Below, piece by piece: positions 27,601 to 40,585 of a stretch of DNA of 64,000 nt; within the stretch, counting starts at the first letter, position 1, and every line of letters starts with the position of its first letter. The DNA comes from Balanoglossus misakiensis (lineage: Eukaryota > Animalia > Hemichordata), in assembly GCA_040954595.2 (NCBI GenBank), contig CM082591.2:12008457-12072456 (forward strand). The letters are read 5' to 3'. The notes beneath the pieces are model-generated. The model searched no databases. It was not told the origin of the DNA and was given only the letters and a program-made list of their open reading frames with translations. The position numbers and the translations under genes are program-made.

Positions 27601-30600
27601 TGTGTTGACTGTGTGCAGTTTTTGTAACCAGAGCCTCTAACCCTAACTATTATGCAGTTGTTACATATGATGCAAGTTGCCCATAAAATTACCTAACAAT
27701 AAAATGTGGCTGTCGAACATTGGACCCAACAATAACGACAAACACAATACGATAGAATTTTTACTCAATGACTTTCTGGCCTCATTTTCGCATCGTCTTG
27801 GAAGGGCAAATGAAAAAGGCATATCGATTATTGGTACTCCACTTATTAGACTTTCCACTGTTTGTCAACAGCACTGCCAAGGAACTCCTGCCAGCCATCA
27901 TTGATTGTCTGGATAGTAGTGCCCAGAGTGTCGTCAATGTAGCTTTACAACATCTACGCTAAACAAATCTCTTTTTTTTTGGCCTAACTTAATATATTTG
28001 TTTATTTCAGTGCTATGAGCAATACTCCGTTGTGTTTACTGTCAGAGATGTATCTGCAACAACCCGATTTAATTCAGAGTGTCAGAAAAAGTGACTTGCT
28101 GGTCAAGAATGCAAACAGTGTCAGTCAGAGTGTCTCACAGGTGAGAGATTTTTTCTTTTTTTTTACACACGGGTTAGACGTGGGCATTGCAGAGAGGGCA
28201 GCACCAATTTCATAAATGTACGTAGCAGTAAATACAGACTGCCTTTGCTTCCTTCCATATTTCATGCACACCGTGTAAGTAGACTTTACCTAATTTTGTC
28301 CCTTCTTTTCACCCAATTTACTGTATTTTCTGATCTCCAACACAGATTTTGGTTGCCACCATCTTGTCTGTTGTTAGGACAACACACTGCCTTATTGTGT
28401 TGACTGTGTGCAGTTTTTGTAACCAGAGCCTCTAAACCCTATGCAGTTGTTACATATGATGCAAGTTGCCCATAAAATTACCTAACAATAAAATGTGGCT
28501 GTCGAACATTGGTCCCAACAATAACGACAAACACAATACGATAGAATTTTTACTCAATGACTTTCTGGCCTCATTTTCGCATCGTCTTGGAAGGGCAAAT
28601 GAAAAAGGCATATCGATTATTGGTACTCCACTTATTAGACTTTCCACTGTTTGTCAACAGCACTGCCAAGGAACTCCTGCCAGCCATCATTGATTGTCTG
28701 GATAGTAGTGCCCAGAGTGTCGTCAATGTAGCTTTACAACATCTACGCTAAACAAATCTCTTTTTTTTTGGCCTAACTTAATATATTTGTTTATTTCAGT
28801 GCTATGAGCAATACTCCGTTGTGTTTACTGTCAGAGATGTATCTGCAACAACCCGATTTAATTCAGAGTGTCAGAAAAAGTGACTTGCTGGTCAAGAATG
28901 CAAACAGTGTCAGTCAGAGTGTCTCACAGGTGAGAGATTTTTTCTTTTTTTTTACACACGGGTTAGACGTGGGCATTGCAGAGAGGGCAGCACCAATTTC
29001 ATAAATGTACGTAGCAGTAAATACAGACTGCCTTTGCTTCCTTCCATATTTCATGCACACCGTGTAAGTAGACTTTACCTAATTTTGTCCCTTCTTTTCA
29101 CCCAATTTACTGTCTTTTCCTGATCTCCAACACAGACTATGGTTGCCACCATCTTGTCTGTTGTTAGGACAGCACACTGCCTTATTGTGTTGACTGTGTG
29201 CAGTTTTTGTAACCAGAGCCTCTAACCCTATGCAGTTGTTACATATGATGCAAGTTGCCCATAAAATTACCTAACAATAAAATGTGGCTGTCGAACATTG
29301 GTCCCAACAATAACGACAAACACAATACGATAGAATTTTTACTCAATGACTTTCTGGCCTCATTTTCGCATCGTCTTGGAAGGGCAAATGAAAAAGGCAT
29401 ATCGATTATTGGTACTCCACTTATTAGACTTTCCACTGTTTGTCAACAGCACTGCCAAGGAACTCCTGCCAGCCATCATTGATTGTCTGGATAGTAGTGC
29501 CCAGAGTGTCGTCAATGTAGCTTTACAACATCTACGCTAAACAAATCTCTTTTTTTTGGCCTAACTTAATATATTTGTTTATTTCAGTGCTATGAGCAGT
29601 ACTCCGTTGCGTTTACTGTCAGAGATGTATCTGCAACAACCCGATTTAATTCAGAGTGTCAGAAAAAGTGACTTGCTGGTCAAGAATGCAAACAGTGTCA
29701 GTCAGAGTGTCTCACAGGTGAGAGATTTTTTTCTTTTTTTTTACACACGGGTTAGACGTGGGCATTGCAGAGAGGGCAGCACCAATTTCATAAATGTACG
29801 TAGTAGTAAATACAGACTGCCTTTGCTTCCTTCCATATTTCATGCACACCGTGTAAGTAGACTTTACCTAATTTTGTCCCTTCTTTTCACCCAATTTACT
29901 GTCTTTTCCTGATCTCCAACACAGACTATGGTTGCCACCATCTTGTCTGTTGTTAGGACAGCACACTGCCTTATTGTGTTGACTGTGTGCAGTTTTTGTA
30001 ACCAGAGCCTCTAACCCTAACTATTATGCAGTTGTTACATATGATGCAAGTTGCCCATAAAATTACCTAACAATAAAATGTGGCTGTCGAACATTGGACC
30101 CAACAATAACGACAAACACAATACGATAGAATTTTTACTCAATGACTTTCTGGCCTCATTTTCGCATCGTCTTGGAAGGGCAAATGAAAAAGGCATATCG
30201 ATTATTGGTACTCCACTTATTAGACTTTCCACTGTTTGTCAACAGCACTGCCAAGGAACTCCTGCCAGCCATCATTGATTGTCTGGATAGTAGTGCCCAG
30301 AGTGTCGTCAATGTAGCTTTACAACATCTACGCTAAACAAATCTCTTTTTTTTTTTGGCCTAACTTAATATATTTGTTTATTTCAGTGCTATGAGCAATA
30401 CTCCGTTGTGTTTACTGTCAGAGATGTATCTGCAACAACCCGATTTAATTCAGAGTGTCAGAAAAAGTGACTTGCTGGTCAAGAATGCAAACAGTGTCAG
30501 TCAGAGTGTCTCACAGGTGAGAGATTTTTTCTTTTTTTTTACACACGGGTTAGACGTGGGCATTGCAGAGAGGGCAGCACCAATTTCATAAATGTACGTA

Positions 30601-33600
30601 GCAGTAAATACAGACTGCCTTTGCTTCCTTCCATATTTCATGCACACCGTGTAAGTAGACTTTACCTAATTTTGTCCCTTCTTTTCACCCAATTTACTGT
30701 CTTTTCTGATCTCCAACACAGATTTTGGTTGCCACCATCTTGTCTGTTGTTAGGACAACACACTGCCTTATTGTGTTGACTGTGTGCAGTTTTTGTAACC
30801 AGAGCCTCTAACCCAAACTATTATGCAGTTGTTACATATGATGCAAGTTGCCCATAAAATTACCTAACAATAAAATGTGGCTGTCGAACATTGGTCCCAA
30901 CAATAACGACAAACACAATACGATAGAATTTTTACTCAATGACTTTCTGGCCTCATTTTCGCATCGTCTTGGAAGGGCAAATGAAAAAGGCATATCGATT
31001 ATTGGTACTCCACTTATTAGACTTTCCACTGTTTGTCAACAGCACTGCCAAGGAACTCCTGCCAGCCATCATTGATTGTCTGGATAGTAGTGCCCAGAGT
31101 GTCGTCAATGTAGCTTTACAACATCTACGCTAAACAAATCTTTTTTTTTTGGCCTAACTTAATATATTTGTTTATTTCAGTGCTATGAGCAATACTCCGT
31201 TGCGTTTACTGTCAGAGATGTATCTGCAACAACCCGATTTAATTCATAGTGTCAGAAAAAGTGACTTGCTGGTCAAGAATGCAAACAGTGTCAGTCAGAG
31301 TGTCTCACAGGTGAGAGATTTTTTTCTTTTTTTTTACACACGGGTTAGACGTGGGCATTGCAGAGAGGGCAGCACCAATTTCATAAATGTACGTAGTAGT
31401 AAATACAGACTGCCTTTGCTTCCTTCCATATTTCATGCACACCGTGTAAGTAGACTTTACCTAATTTTGTCCCTTCTTTTCACCCAATTTACTGTCTTTT
31501 CCTGATCTCCAACACAGACTATGGTTGCCACCATCTTGTCTGTTGTTAGGACAGCACACTGCCTTATTGTGTTGACTGTGTGCAGTTTTTGTAACCAGAG
31601 CCTCTAACCCTAACTATTATGCAGTTGTTACATATGATGCAAGTTGCCCATAAAATTACCTAACAATAAAATGTGGCTGTCGAACATTGGACCCAACAAT
31701 AACGACAAACACAATACGATAGCATTTTTACTCAATGACTTTCTGGCCTCATTTTCGCATCGTCTTGGAAGGGCAAATGAAAAAGGCATATCGATTATTG
31801 GTACTCCACTTATTAGACTTTCCACTGTTTGTCAACAGCACTGCCAAGGAACTCCTGCCAGCCATCATTGATTGTCTGGATAGTAGTGCCCAGAGTGTCG
31901 TCAATGTAGCTTTACAACATCTACGCTAAACAAATCTCTTTTTTTTTTTGGCCTAACTTAATATATTTGTTTATTTCAGTGCTATGAGCAATACTCCGTT
32001 GTGTTTACTGTCAGAGATGTATCTGCAACAACCCGATTTAATTCAGAGTGTCAGAAAAAGTGACTTGCTGGTCAAGAATGCAAACAGTGTCAGTCAGAGT
32101 GTCTCACAGGTGAGAGATTTTTTCTTTTTTTTTACACACGGGTTAGACGTGGGCATTGCAGAGAGGGCAGCACCAATTTCATAAATGTACGTAGCAGTAA
32201 ATACAGACTGCCTTTGCTTCCTTCCATATTTCATGCACACCGTGTAAGTAGACTTTACCTAATTTTGTCCCTTCTTTTCACCCAATTTACTGTCTTTTCT
32301 GATCTCCAACACAGATTTTGGTTGCCACCATCTTGTCTGTTGTTAGGACAACACACTGCCTTATTGTGTTGACTGTGTGCAGTTTTTGTAACCAGAGCCT
32401 CTAACCCAAACTATTATGCAGTTGTTACATATGATGCAAGTTGCCCATAAAATTACCTAACAATAAAATGTGGCTGTCGAACATTGGTCCCAACAATAAC
32501 GACAAACACAATACGATAGAATTTTTACTCAATGACTTTCTGGCCTCATTTTCGCATCGTCTTGGAAGGGCAAATGAAAAAGGCATATCGATTATTGGTA
32601 CTCCACTTATTAGACTTTCCACTGTTTGTCAACAGCACTGCCAAGGAACTCCTGCCAGCCATCATTGATTGTCTGGATAGTAGTGCCCAGAGTGTCGTCA
32701 ATGTAGCTTTACAACATCTACGCTAAACAAATCTTTTTTTTTTGGCCTAACTTAATATATTTGTTTATTTCAGTGCTATGAGCAATACTCCGTTGCGTTT
32801 ACTGTCAGAGATGTATCTGCAACAACCCGATTTAATTCATAGTGTCAGAAAAAGTGACTTGCTGGTCAAGAATGCAAACAGTGTCAGTCAGAGTGTCTCA
32901 CAGGTGAGAGATTTTTTCTTTTTTTTACACACGGGTTAGACGTGGGCATTGCAGAGAGGGCAGCACCAATTTCATAAATGTACGTAGCAGTAAATACAGA
33001 CTGCCTTTGCTTCCTTCCATATTTCATGCACACCGTGTAAGTAGACTTTACCTAATTTTGTCCCTTCTTTTCACCCAATTTACTGTCTTTTCCTGATCTC
33101 CAACACAGACTATGGTTGCCACCATCTTGTCTGTTGTTAGGACAACACACTGCCTTATTGTGTTGACTGTGTGCAGTTTTTGTAACCAGAGCCTCTAACC
33201 CAAACTATTATGCAGTTGTTACATATGATGCAAGTTGCCCATAAAATTACCTAACAATAAAATGTGGCTGTCGAACATTGGTCCCAACAATAACGACAAA
33301 CACAATACGATAGAATTTTTACTCAATGACTTTCTGGCCTCATTTTCGCATCGTCTTGGAAGGGCAAATGAAAAAGGCATATCGATTATTGGTACTCCAC
33401 TTATTAGACTTTCCACTGTTTGTCAACAGCACTGCCAAGGAACTCCTGCCAGCCATCATTGATTGTCTGGATAGTAGTGCCCAGAGTGTCGTCAATGTAG
33501 CTTTACAACATCTACGCTAAACAAATCTCTTTTTTTTTTGGCCTAACTTAATATATTTGTTTATTTCAGTGCTATGAGCAATACTCCGTTGCGTTTACTG

Positions 33601-36600
33601 TCAGAGATGTATCTGCAACAACCCGATTTAATTCAGTGTCAGAAAAAGTGACTTGCTGGTCAAGAATGCAAACAGTGTCAGTCAGAGTGTCTCACAGGTG
33701 AGAGATTTTTTTCTTTTTTTTTACACACGGGTTAGACGTGGGCATTGCAGAGAGGGCAGCACCAATTTCATAAATGTACGTAGTAGTAAATACAGACTGC
33801 CTTTGCTTCCTTCCATATTTCATGCACACCGTGTAAGTAGACTTTACCTAATTTTGTCCCTTCTTTTCACCCAATTTACTGTCTTTTCGTGATCTCCAAC
33901 ACAGACTATGGTTGCCACCATCTTGTCTGTTGTTAGGACAGCACACTGCCTTATTGTGTTGACTGTGTGCAGTTTTTGTAACCAGAGCCTCTAACCCTAA
34001 CTATTATGCAGTTGTTACATATGATGCAAGTTGCCCATAAAATTACCTAACAATAAAATGTGGCTGTCGAACATTGGACCCAACAATAACGACAAACACA
34101 ATACGATAGAATTTTTACTCAATGACTTTGTGGCCTCATTTTCGCATCGTCTTGGAAGGGCAAATGAAAAAGGCATATCGATTATTGGTACTCCACTTAT
34201 TAGACTTTCCACTGTTTGTCAACAGCACTGCCAAGGAACTCCTGCCAGCCATCATTGATTGTCTGGATAGTAGTGCCCAGAGTGTCGTCAATGTAGCTTT
34301 ACAACATCTACGCTAAACAAATCTCTTTTTTTTTGGCCTAACTTAATATATTTGTTTATTTCAGTGCTATGAGCAGTACTCCGTTGCGTTTACTGTCAGA
34401 GATGTATCTGCAACAACCCGATTTAATTCAGAGTGTCAGAAAAAGTGACTTGCTGGTCAAGAATGCAAACAGTGTCAGTCAGAGTGTCTCACAGGTGAGA
34501 GATTTTTTTCTTTTTTTTTACACACGGGTTAGACGTGGGCATTGCAGAGAGGGCAGCACCAATTTCATAAATGTACGTAGTAGTAAATACAGACTGCCTT
34601 TGCTTCCTTCCATATTTCATGCACACCGTGTAAGTAGACTTTACCTAATTTTGTCCCTTCTTTTCACCCAATTTACTGTCTTTTCCTGATCTCCAACACA
34701 GACTATGGTTGCCACCATCTTGTCTGTTGTTAGGACAGCACACTGCCTTATTGTGTTGACTGTGTGCAGTTTTTGTAACCAGAGCCTCTAACCCTAACTA
34801 TTATGCAGTTGTTACATATGATGCAAGTTGCCCATAAAATTACCTAACAATAAAATGTGGCTGTCGAACATTGGACCCAACAATAACGACAAACACAATA
34901 CGATAGAATTTTTACTCAATGACTTTCTGGCCTCATTTTCGCATCGTCTTGGAAGGGCAAATGAAAAAGGCATATCGATTATTGGTACTCCACTTATTAG
35001 ACTTTCCACTGTTTGTCAACAGCACTGCCAAGGAACTCCTGCCAGCCATCATTGATTGTCTGGATAGTAGTGCCCAGAGTGTCGTCAATGTAGCTTTACA
35101 ACATCTACGCTAAACAAATCTCTTTTTTTTTTTGGCCTAACTTAATATATTTGTTTATTTCAGTGCTATGAGCAATACTCCGTTGTGTTTACTGTCAGAG
35201 ATGTATCTGCAACAACCCGATTTAATTCAGAGTGTCAGAAAAAGTGACTTGCTGGTCAAGAATGCAAACAGTGTCAGTCAGAGTGTCTCACAGGTGAGAG
35301 ATTTTTTCTTTTTTTTTACACACGGGTTAGACGTGGGCATTGCAGAGAGGGCAGCACCAATTTCATAAATGTACGTAGCAGTAAATACAGACTGCCTTTG
35401 CTTCCTTCCATATTTCATGCACACCGTGTAAGTAGACTTTACCTAATTTTGTCCCTTCTTTTCACCCAATTTACTGTCTTTTCTGATCTCCAACACAGAT
35501 TTTGGTTGCCACCATCTTGTCTGTTGTTAGGACAACACACTGCCTTATTGTGTTGACTGTGTGCAGTTTTTGTAACCAGAGCCTCTAACCCAAACTATTA
35601 TGCAGTTGTTACATATGATGCAAGTTGCCCATAAAATTACCTAACAATAAAATGTGGCTGTCGAACATTGGTCCCAACAATAACGACAAACACAATACGA
35701 TAGAATTTTTACTCAATGACTTTCTGGCCTCATTTTCGCATCGTCTTGGAAGGGCAAATGAAAAAGGCATATCGATTATTGGTACTCCACTTATTAGACT
35801 TTCCACTGTTTGTCAACAGCACTGCCAAGGAACTCCTGCCAGCCATCATTGATTGTCTGGATAGTAGTGCCCAGAGTGTCGTCAATGTAGCTTTACAACA
35901 TCTACGCTAAACAAATCTTTTTTTTTTGGCCTAACTTAATATATTTGTTTATTTCAGTGCTATGAGCAATACTCCGTTGCGTTTACTGTCAGAGATGTAT
36001 CTGCAACAACCCGATTTAATTCATAGTGTCAGAAAAAGTGACTTGCTGGTCAAGAATGCAAACAGTGTCAGTCAGAGTGTCTCACAGGTGAGAGATTTTT
36101 TCTTTTTTTTACACACGGGTTAGACGTGGGCATTGCAGAGAGGGCAGCACCAATTTCATAAATGTACGTAGCAGTAAATACAGACTGCCTTTGCTTCCTT
36201 CCATATTTCATGCACACCGTGTAAGTAGACTTTACCTAATTTTGTCCCTTCTTTTCACCCAATTTACTGTCTTTTCCTGATCTCCAACACAGACTATGGT
36301 TGCCACCATCTTGTCTGTTGTTAGGACAACACACTGCCTTATTGTGTTGACTGTGTGCAGTTTTTGTAACCAGAGCCTCTAACCCAAACTATTATGCAGT
36401 TGTTACATATGATGCAAGTTGCCCATAAAATTACCTAACAATAAAATGTGGCTGTCGAACATTGGTCCCAACAATAACGACAAACACAATACGATAGAAT
36501 TTTTACTCAATGACTTTCTGGCCTCATTTTCGCATCGTCTTGGAAGGGCAAATGAAAAAGGCATATCGATTATTGGTACTCCACTTATTAGACTTTCCAC

Positions 36601-39125
36601 TGTTTGTCAACAGCACTGCCAAGGAACTCCTGCCAGCCATCATTGATTGTCTGGATAGTAGTGCCCAGAGTGTCGTCAATGTAGCTTTACAACATCTACG
36701 CTAAACAAATCTCTTTTTTTTTTGGCCTAACTTAATATATTTGTTTATTTCAGTGCTATGAGCAATACTCCGTTGCGTTTACTGTCAGAGATGTATCTGC
36801 AACAACCCGATTTAATTCAGTGTCAGAAAAAGTGACTTGCTGGTCAAGAATGCAAACAGTGTCAGTCAGAGTGTCTCACAGGTGAGAGATTTTTTTCTTT
36901 TTTTTTACACACGGGTTAGACGTGGGCATTGCAGAGAGGGCAGCACCAATTTCATAAATGTACGTAGTAGTAAATACAGACTGCCTTTGCTTCCTTCCAT
37001 ATTTCATGCACACCGTGTAAGTAGACTTTACCTAATTTTGTCCCTTCTTTTCACCCAATTTACTGTCTTTTCGTGATCTCCAACACAGACTATGGTTGCC
37101 ACCATCTTGTCTGTTGTTAGGACAGCACACTGCCTTATTGTGTTGACTGTGTGCAGTTTTTGTAACCAGAGCCTCTAACCCTAACTATTATGCAGTTGTT
37201 ACATATGATGCAAGTTGCCCATAAAATTACCTAACAATAAAATGTGGCTGTCGAACATTGGTCCCAACAATAACGACAAACACAATACGATAGAATTTTT
37301 ACTCAATGACTTTGTGGCCTCATTTTCGCATCGTCTTGGAAGGGCAAATGAAAAAGGCATATCGATTATTGGTACTCCACTTATTAGACTTTCCACTGTT
37401 TGTCAACAGCACTGCCAAGGAACTCCTGCCAGCCATCATTGATTGTCTGGATAGTAGTGCCCAGAGTGTCGTCAATGTAGCTTTACAACATCTACGCTAA
37501 ACAAATCTCTTTTTTTTTGGCCTAACTTAATATATTTGTTTATTTCAGTGCTATGAGCAATACTCCGTTGTGTTTACTGTCAGAGATGTATCTGCAACAA
37601 CCCGATTTAATTCAGAGTGTCAGAAAAAGTGACTTGCTGGTCAAGAATGCAAACAGTGTCAGTCAGAGTGTCTCACAGGTGAGAGATTTTTTCTTTTTTT
37701 TTACACACGGGTTAGACGTGGGCATTGCAGAGAGGGCAGCACCAATTTCATAAATGTACGTAGCAGTAAATACAGACTGCCTTTGCTTCCTTCCATATTT
37801 CATGCACACCGTGTAAGTAGACTTTACCTAATTTTGTCCCTTCTTTTCACCCAATTTACTGTATTTTCTGATCTCCAACACAGATTTTGGTTGCCACCAT
37901 CTTGTCTGTTGTTAGGACAACACACTGCCTTATTGTGTTGACTGTGTGCAGTTTTTGTAACCAGAGCCTCTAAACCCTATGCAGTTGTTACATATGATGC
38001 AAGTTGCCCATAAAATTACCTAACAATAAAATGTGGCTGTCGAACATTGGTCCCAACAATAACGACAAACACAATACGATAGAATTTTTACTCAATGACT
38101 TTCTGGCCTCATTTTCGCATCGTCTTGGAAGGGCAAATGAAAAAGGCATATCGATTATTGGTACTCCACTTATTAGACTTTCCACTGTTTGTCAACAGCA
38201 CTGCCAAGGAACTCCTGCCAGCCATCATTGATTGTCTGGATAGTAGTGCCCAGAGTGTCGTCAATGTAGCTTTACAACATCTACGCTAAACAAATCTCTT
38301 TTTTTTTGGCCTAACTTAATATATTTGTTTATTTCAGTGCTATGAGCAATACTCCGTTGTGTTTACTGTCAGAGATGTATCTGCAACAACCCGATTTAAT
38401 TCAGAGTGTCAGAAAAAGTGACTTGCTGGTCAAGAATGCAAACAGTGTCAGTCAGAGTGTCTCACAGGTGAGAGATTTTTTCTTTTTTTTTACACACGGG
38501 TTAGACGTGGGCATTGCAGAGAGGGCAGCACCAATTTCATAAATGTACGTAGCAGTAAATACAGACTGCCTTTGCTTCCTTCCATATTTCATGCACACCG
38601 TGTAAGTAGACTTTACCTAATTTTGTCCCTTCTTTTCACCCAATTTACTGTCTTTTCCTGATCTCCAACACAGACTATGGTTGCCACCATCTTGTCTGTT
38701 GTTAGGACAGCACACTGCCTTATTGTGTTGACTGTGTGCAGTTTTTGTAACCAGAGCCTCTAACCCTATGCAGTTGTTACATATGATGCAAGTTGCCCAT
38801 AAAATTACCTAACAATAAAATGTGGCTGTCGAACATTGGTCCCAACAATAACGACAAACACAATACGATAGAATTTTTACTCAATGACTTTCTGGCCTCA
38901 TTTTCGCATCGTCTTGGAAGGGCAAATGAAAAAGGCATATCGATTATTGGTACTCCACTTATTAGACTTTCCACTGTTTGTCAACAGCACTGCCAAGGAA
39001 CTCCTGCCAGCCATCATTGATTGTCTGGATAGTAGTGCCCAGAGTGTCGTCAATGTAGCTTTACAACATCTACGCTAAACAAATCTCTTTTTTTTGGCCT
39101 AACTTAATATATTTGTTTATTTCAG

Positions 39126-39255
39126 TGCTATGAGCAATACTCCGTTGCGTTTACTGTCAGAGATGTATCTGCAACAACCCGATTTAATTCAGAGTGTCAG
39201 AAAAAGTGACTTGCTGGTCAAGAATGCAAACAGTGTCAGTCAGAGTGTCTCACAG
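39126..39255 (+). pseudogene. INTS1: INTS1-like exon A, terminal copy, colinear with the downstream unique exons
   Basis: ttatttcag|TGCTATG...TCTCACAG|gtgaga. It ends in phase 0 and joins in frame to the exon starting at 39612. Confidence 0.78.
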
Positions 39256-39611
39256 GTGAGAGATTTTTTCTTTTTTTACACACGGGTTAGACGTGGGCAT
39301 TGCAGAGAGGGCAGCACCAATTTCATAAATGTACGTAGCAGTAAATACAGACTGCCTTTGCTTCCATCCATATTTCATGCACACCGTGTAAGTAGACTTT
39401 ACCTAATTTTGTCCCTTCTTTTCACCTAATTTACTGTCTTTTCCTGATCTCCAACACAGACTATGGTTGCCACCATCTTGTCTGTTGTTAGGACAGCACA
39501 CTGCCTTGTTGTGTTGACTGTGTGCAGTTTTTGTAACCAGAGCCTCTTGTTTGACACATGCGGGTAAGACGATTGTCACCCTTTAAGTGTCTTGGTTGAT
39601 ATTTGTTTCAG

Positions 39612-39745
39612 TTCGATGTGTTGACCCACAGTTTATTGTTGACGTTGGCCGCAACAAAAGCTAGACGAAATTGCGAAAACAAAATGAATGATGCCAACAT
39701 TGCGCTCCGAAAAATAGAAACATCTCATACGACATTGTTACTCAG
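39612..39745 (+). pseudogene. INTS1: INTS1-like exon B (single copy in this window)
   Basis: atttgtttcag|TTCGAT...CTCAG|gtaagc. Translates FDVLTHSLLLTLAATKARRNCENKMNDANIALRKIETSHTTLLL(R), aligning without gaps to recalled human INTS1 LDGLIHRFITLLADTSDSRALENRGADASMACRKLAVAHPLLLLR. Not reported in the ORF track. Confidence 0.85.
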
Positions 39746-40346
39746 GTAAGCAAATAAGTATGTCCGACAGTCACAATGGTCATTCTAAGATCAAAGTGAT
39801 GATCAGTGAAGATCATGTTGTATCTTAAAGTGTCAGTTAAAGTCTCTTTATAAAAAAAAACCCAGCACAGCCAACATTATTGAGCCCACTTGGCAACCAA
39901 TCACACCAAAGTATTGCAAGCTGGACATCTATGCAAGAATTCACCAAAGGTTATCATTCCTGGATTTGACTTGCAACAGTAGTTCGATAGTTAGCCAAAT
40001 TTCACTGTAACATGTCACTTGTGGTCAGTCTTGACTGGTGTAGAATGCTGGCCTGGTATGCCTTACCCATTCCAGACACCTGGTACCACCACTTAGCAGT
40101 GGTTCAAGATGATCCTGTTGACATTATCATTCTTATCATATCATGTGAGTACAATGTATGTGTGTTTATGTATATGCATCGTGTATGCCTATCCGGATAC
40201 TCATTTAAATGGACCACCATGTTGTACCATACTGTTGAAAAAGGCAGCTACATGTATTGGAGCTTTAGTAATAATGGAAATACATGTAATGTGGAACAAT
40301 TCTTCCTTTTTGAATACTGATTTCCGCTTACTCCATGTTTACATAG

Positions 40347-40585
40347 TGATCTTTGTAACTACTACCCTGATCTGTCCATATTGAAGGCCCTAGTTGCCAG
40401 CGTCGCACTGCCCAGCAGAAGTGCCAAGGATTCCCAGGCCAATGTCACTATGACAACCCAGGTCTCAAGGAGGTCAAGCATGGGTGCATTCAATGGTATG
40501 GCCTCCTCATCGACCTCGGCCCACTGGTCAAAGTAGGACGTCACACCACTCAAAATGAAACTGTGTTCCGACAGTAGTCTTGAAG
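40347..40585 (+). pseudogene. INTS1: INTS1-like exon C with a premature stop
   Basis: atgtttacatag|TGAT...CTTGAAG|gtgaat. Translates DLCNYYPDLSILKALVASVALPSR...WSK*DVTPLKMKLCSDSSLE, versus recalled human DLSFDNSDLVMLKSLLAGLSLPSR...EMAPYMKRLSRGQTVE. In-frame TAG at 40534-40536. Confidence 0.8.

Larger units (their letters stand above)
1..39547 (+). repeat. Tandem array of a ~795 bp unit (49 complete copies plus a partial first copy; continues left of the window)
   Basis: The same short ORFs recur every 787-800 bp (the 65-aa minus ORF occurs 49 times, from 670 to 38777). Copies differ by a few SNPs, poly-T length and small indels. The array ends at ...CCAGAGCCTCT (39547). Confidence 0.99.

Noticed and set aside
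670-38974. Repeated 65-aa minus ORF (MESLISG...) and 75-aa plus ORF (MPIKLP...) as a tandem gene family
   Set aside because: They are short, overlapping and rely on non-ATG starts in the track, with no recognisable homology. They recur only because the DNA is repeated.
1-39547. Array as an snRNA, 5S rRNA, tRNA, spliced-leader or histone gene cluster
   Set aside because: I recognised no such RNA or histone sequence in the monomer; its content is better explained by exon and intron fragments.
1-39547. CRISPR array or functional tandem-exon cassette
   Set aside because: The context is eukaryotic and there are no unique spacers. Exon A is 130 nt (not a multiple of 3), and several copies are frameshifted, so coding selection is not evident.
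39860-39970. MQEFTKGYH as the missing INTS1 exon (recalled human FQEFRQQNH)
   Set aside because: The match is only four residues, the flanks do not align and there are no convincing splice sites.
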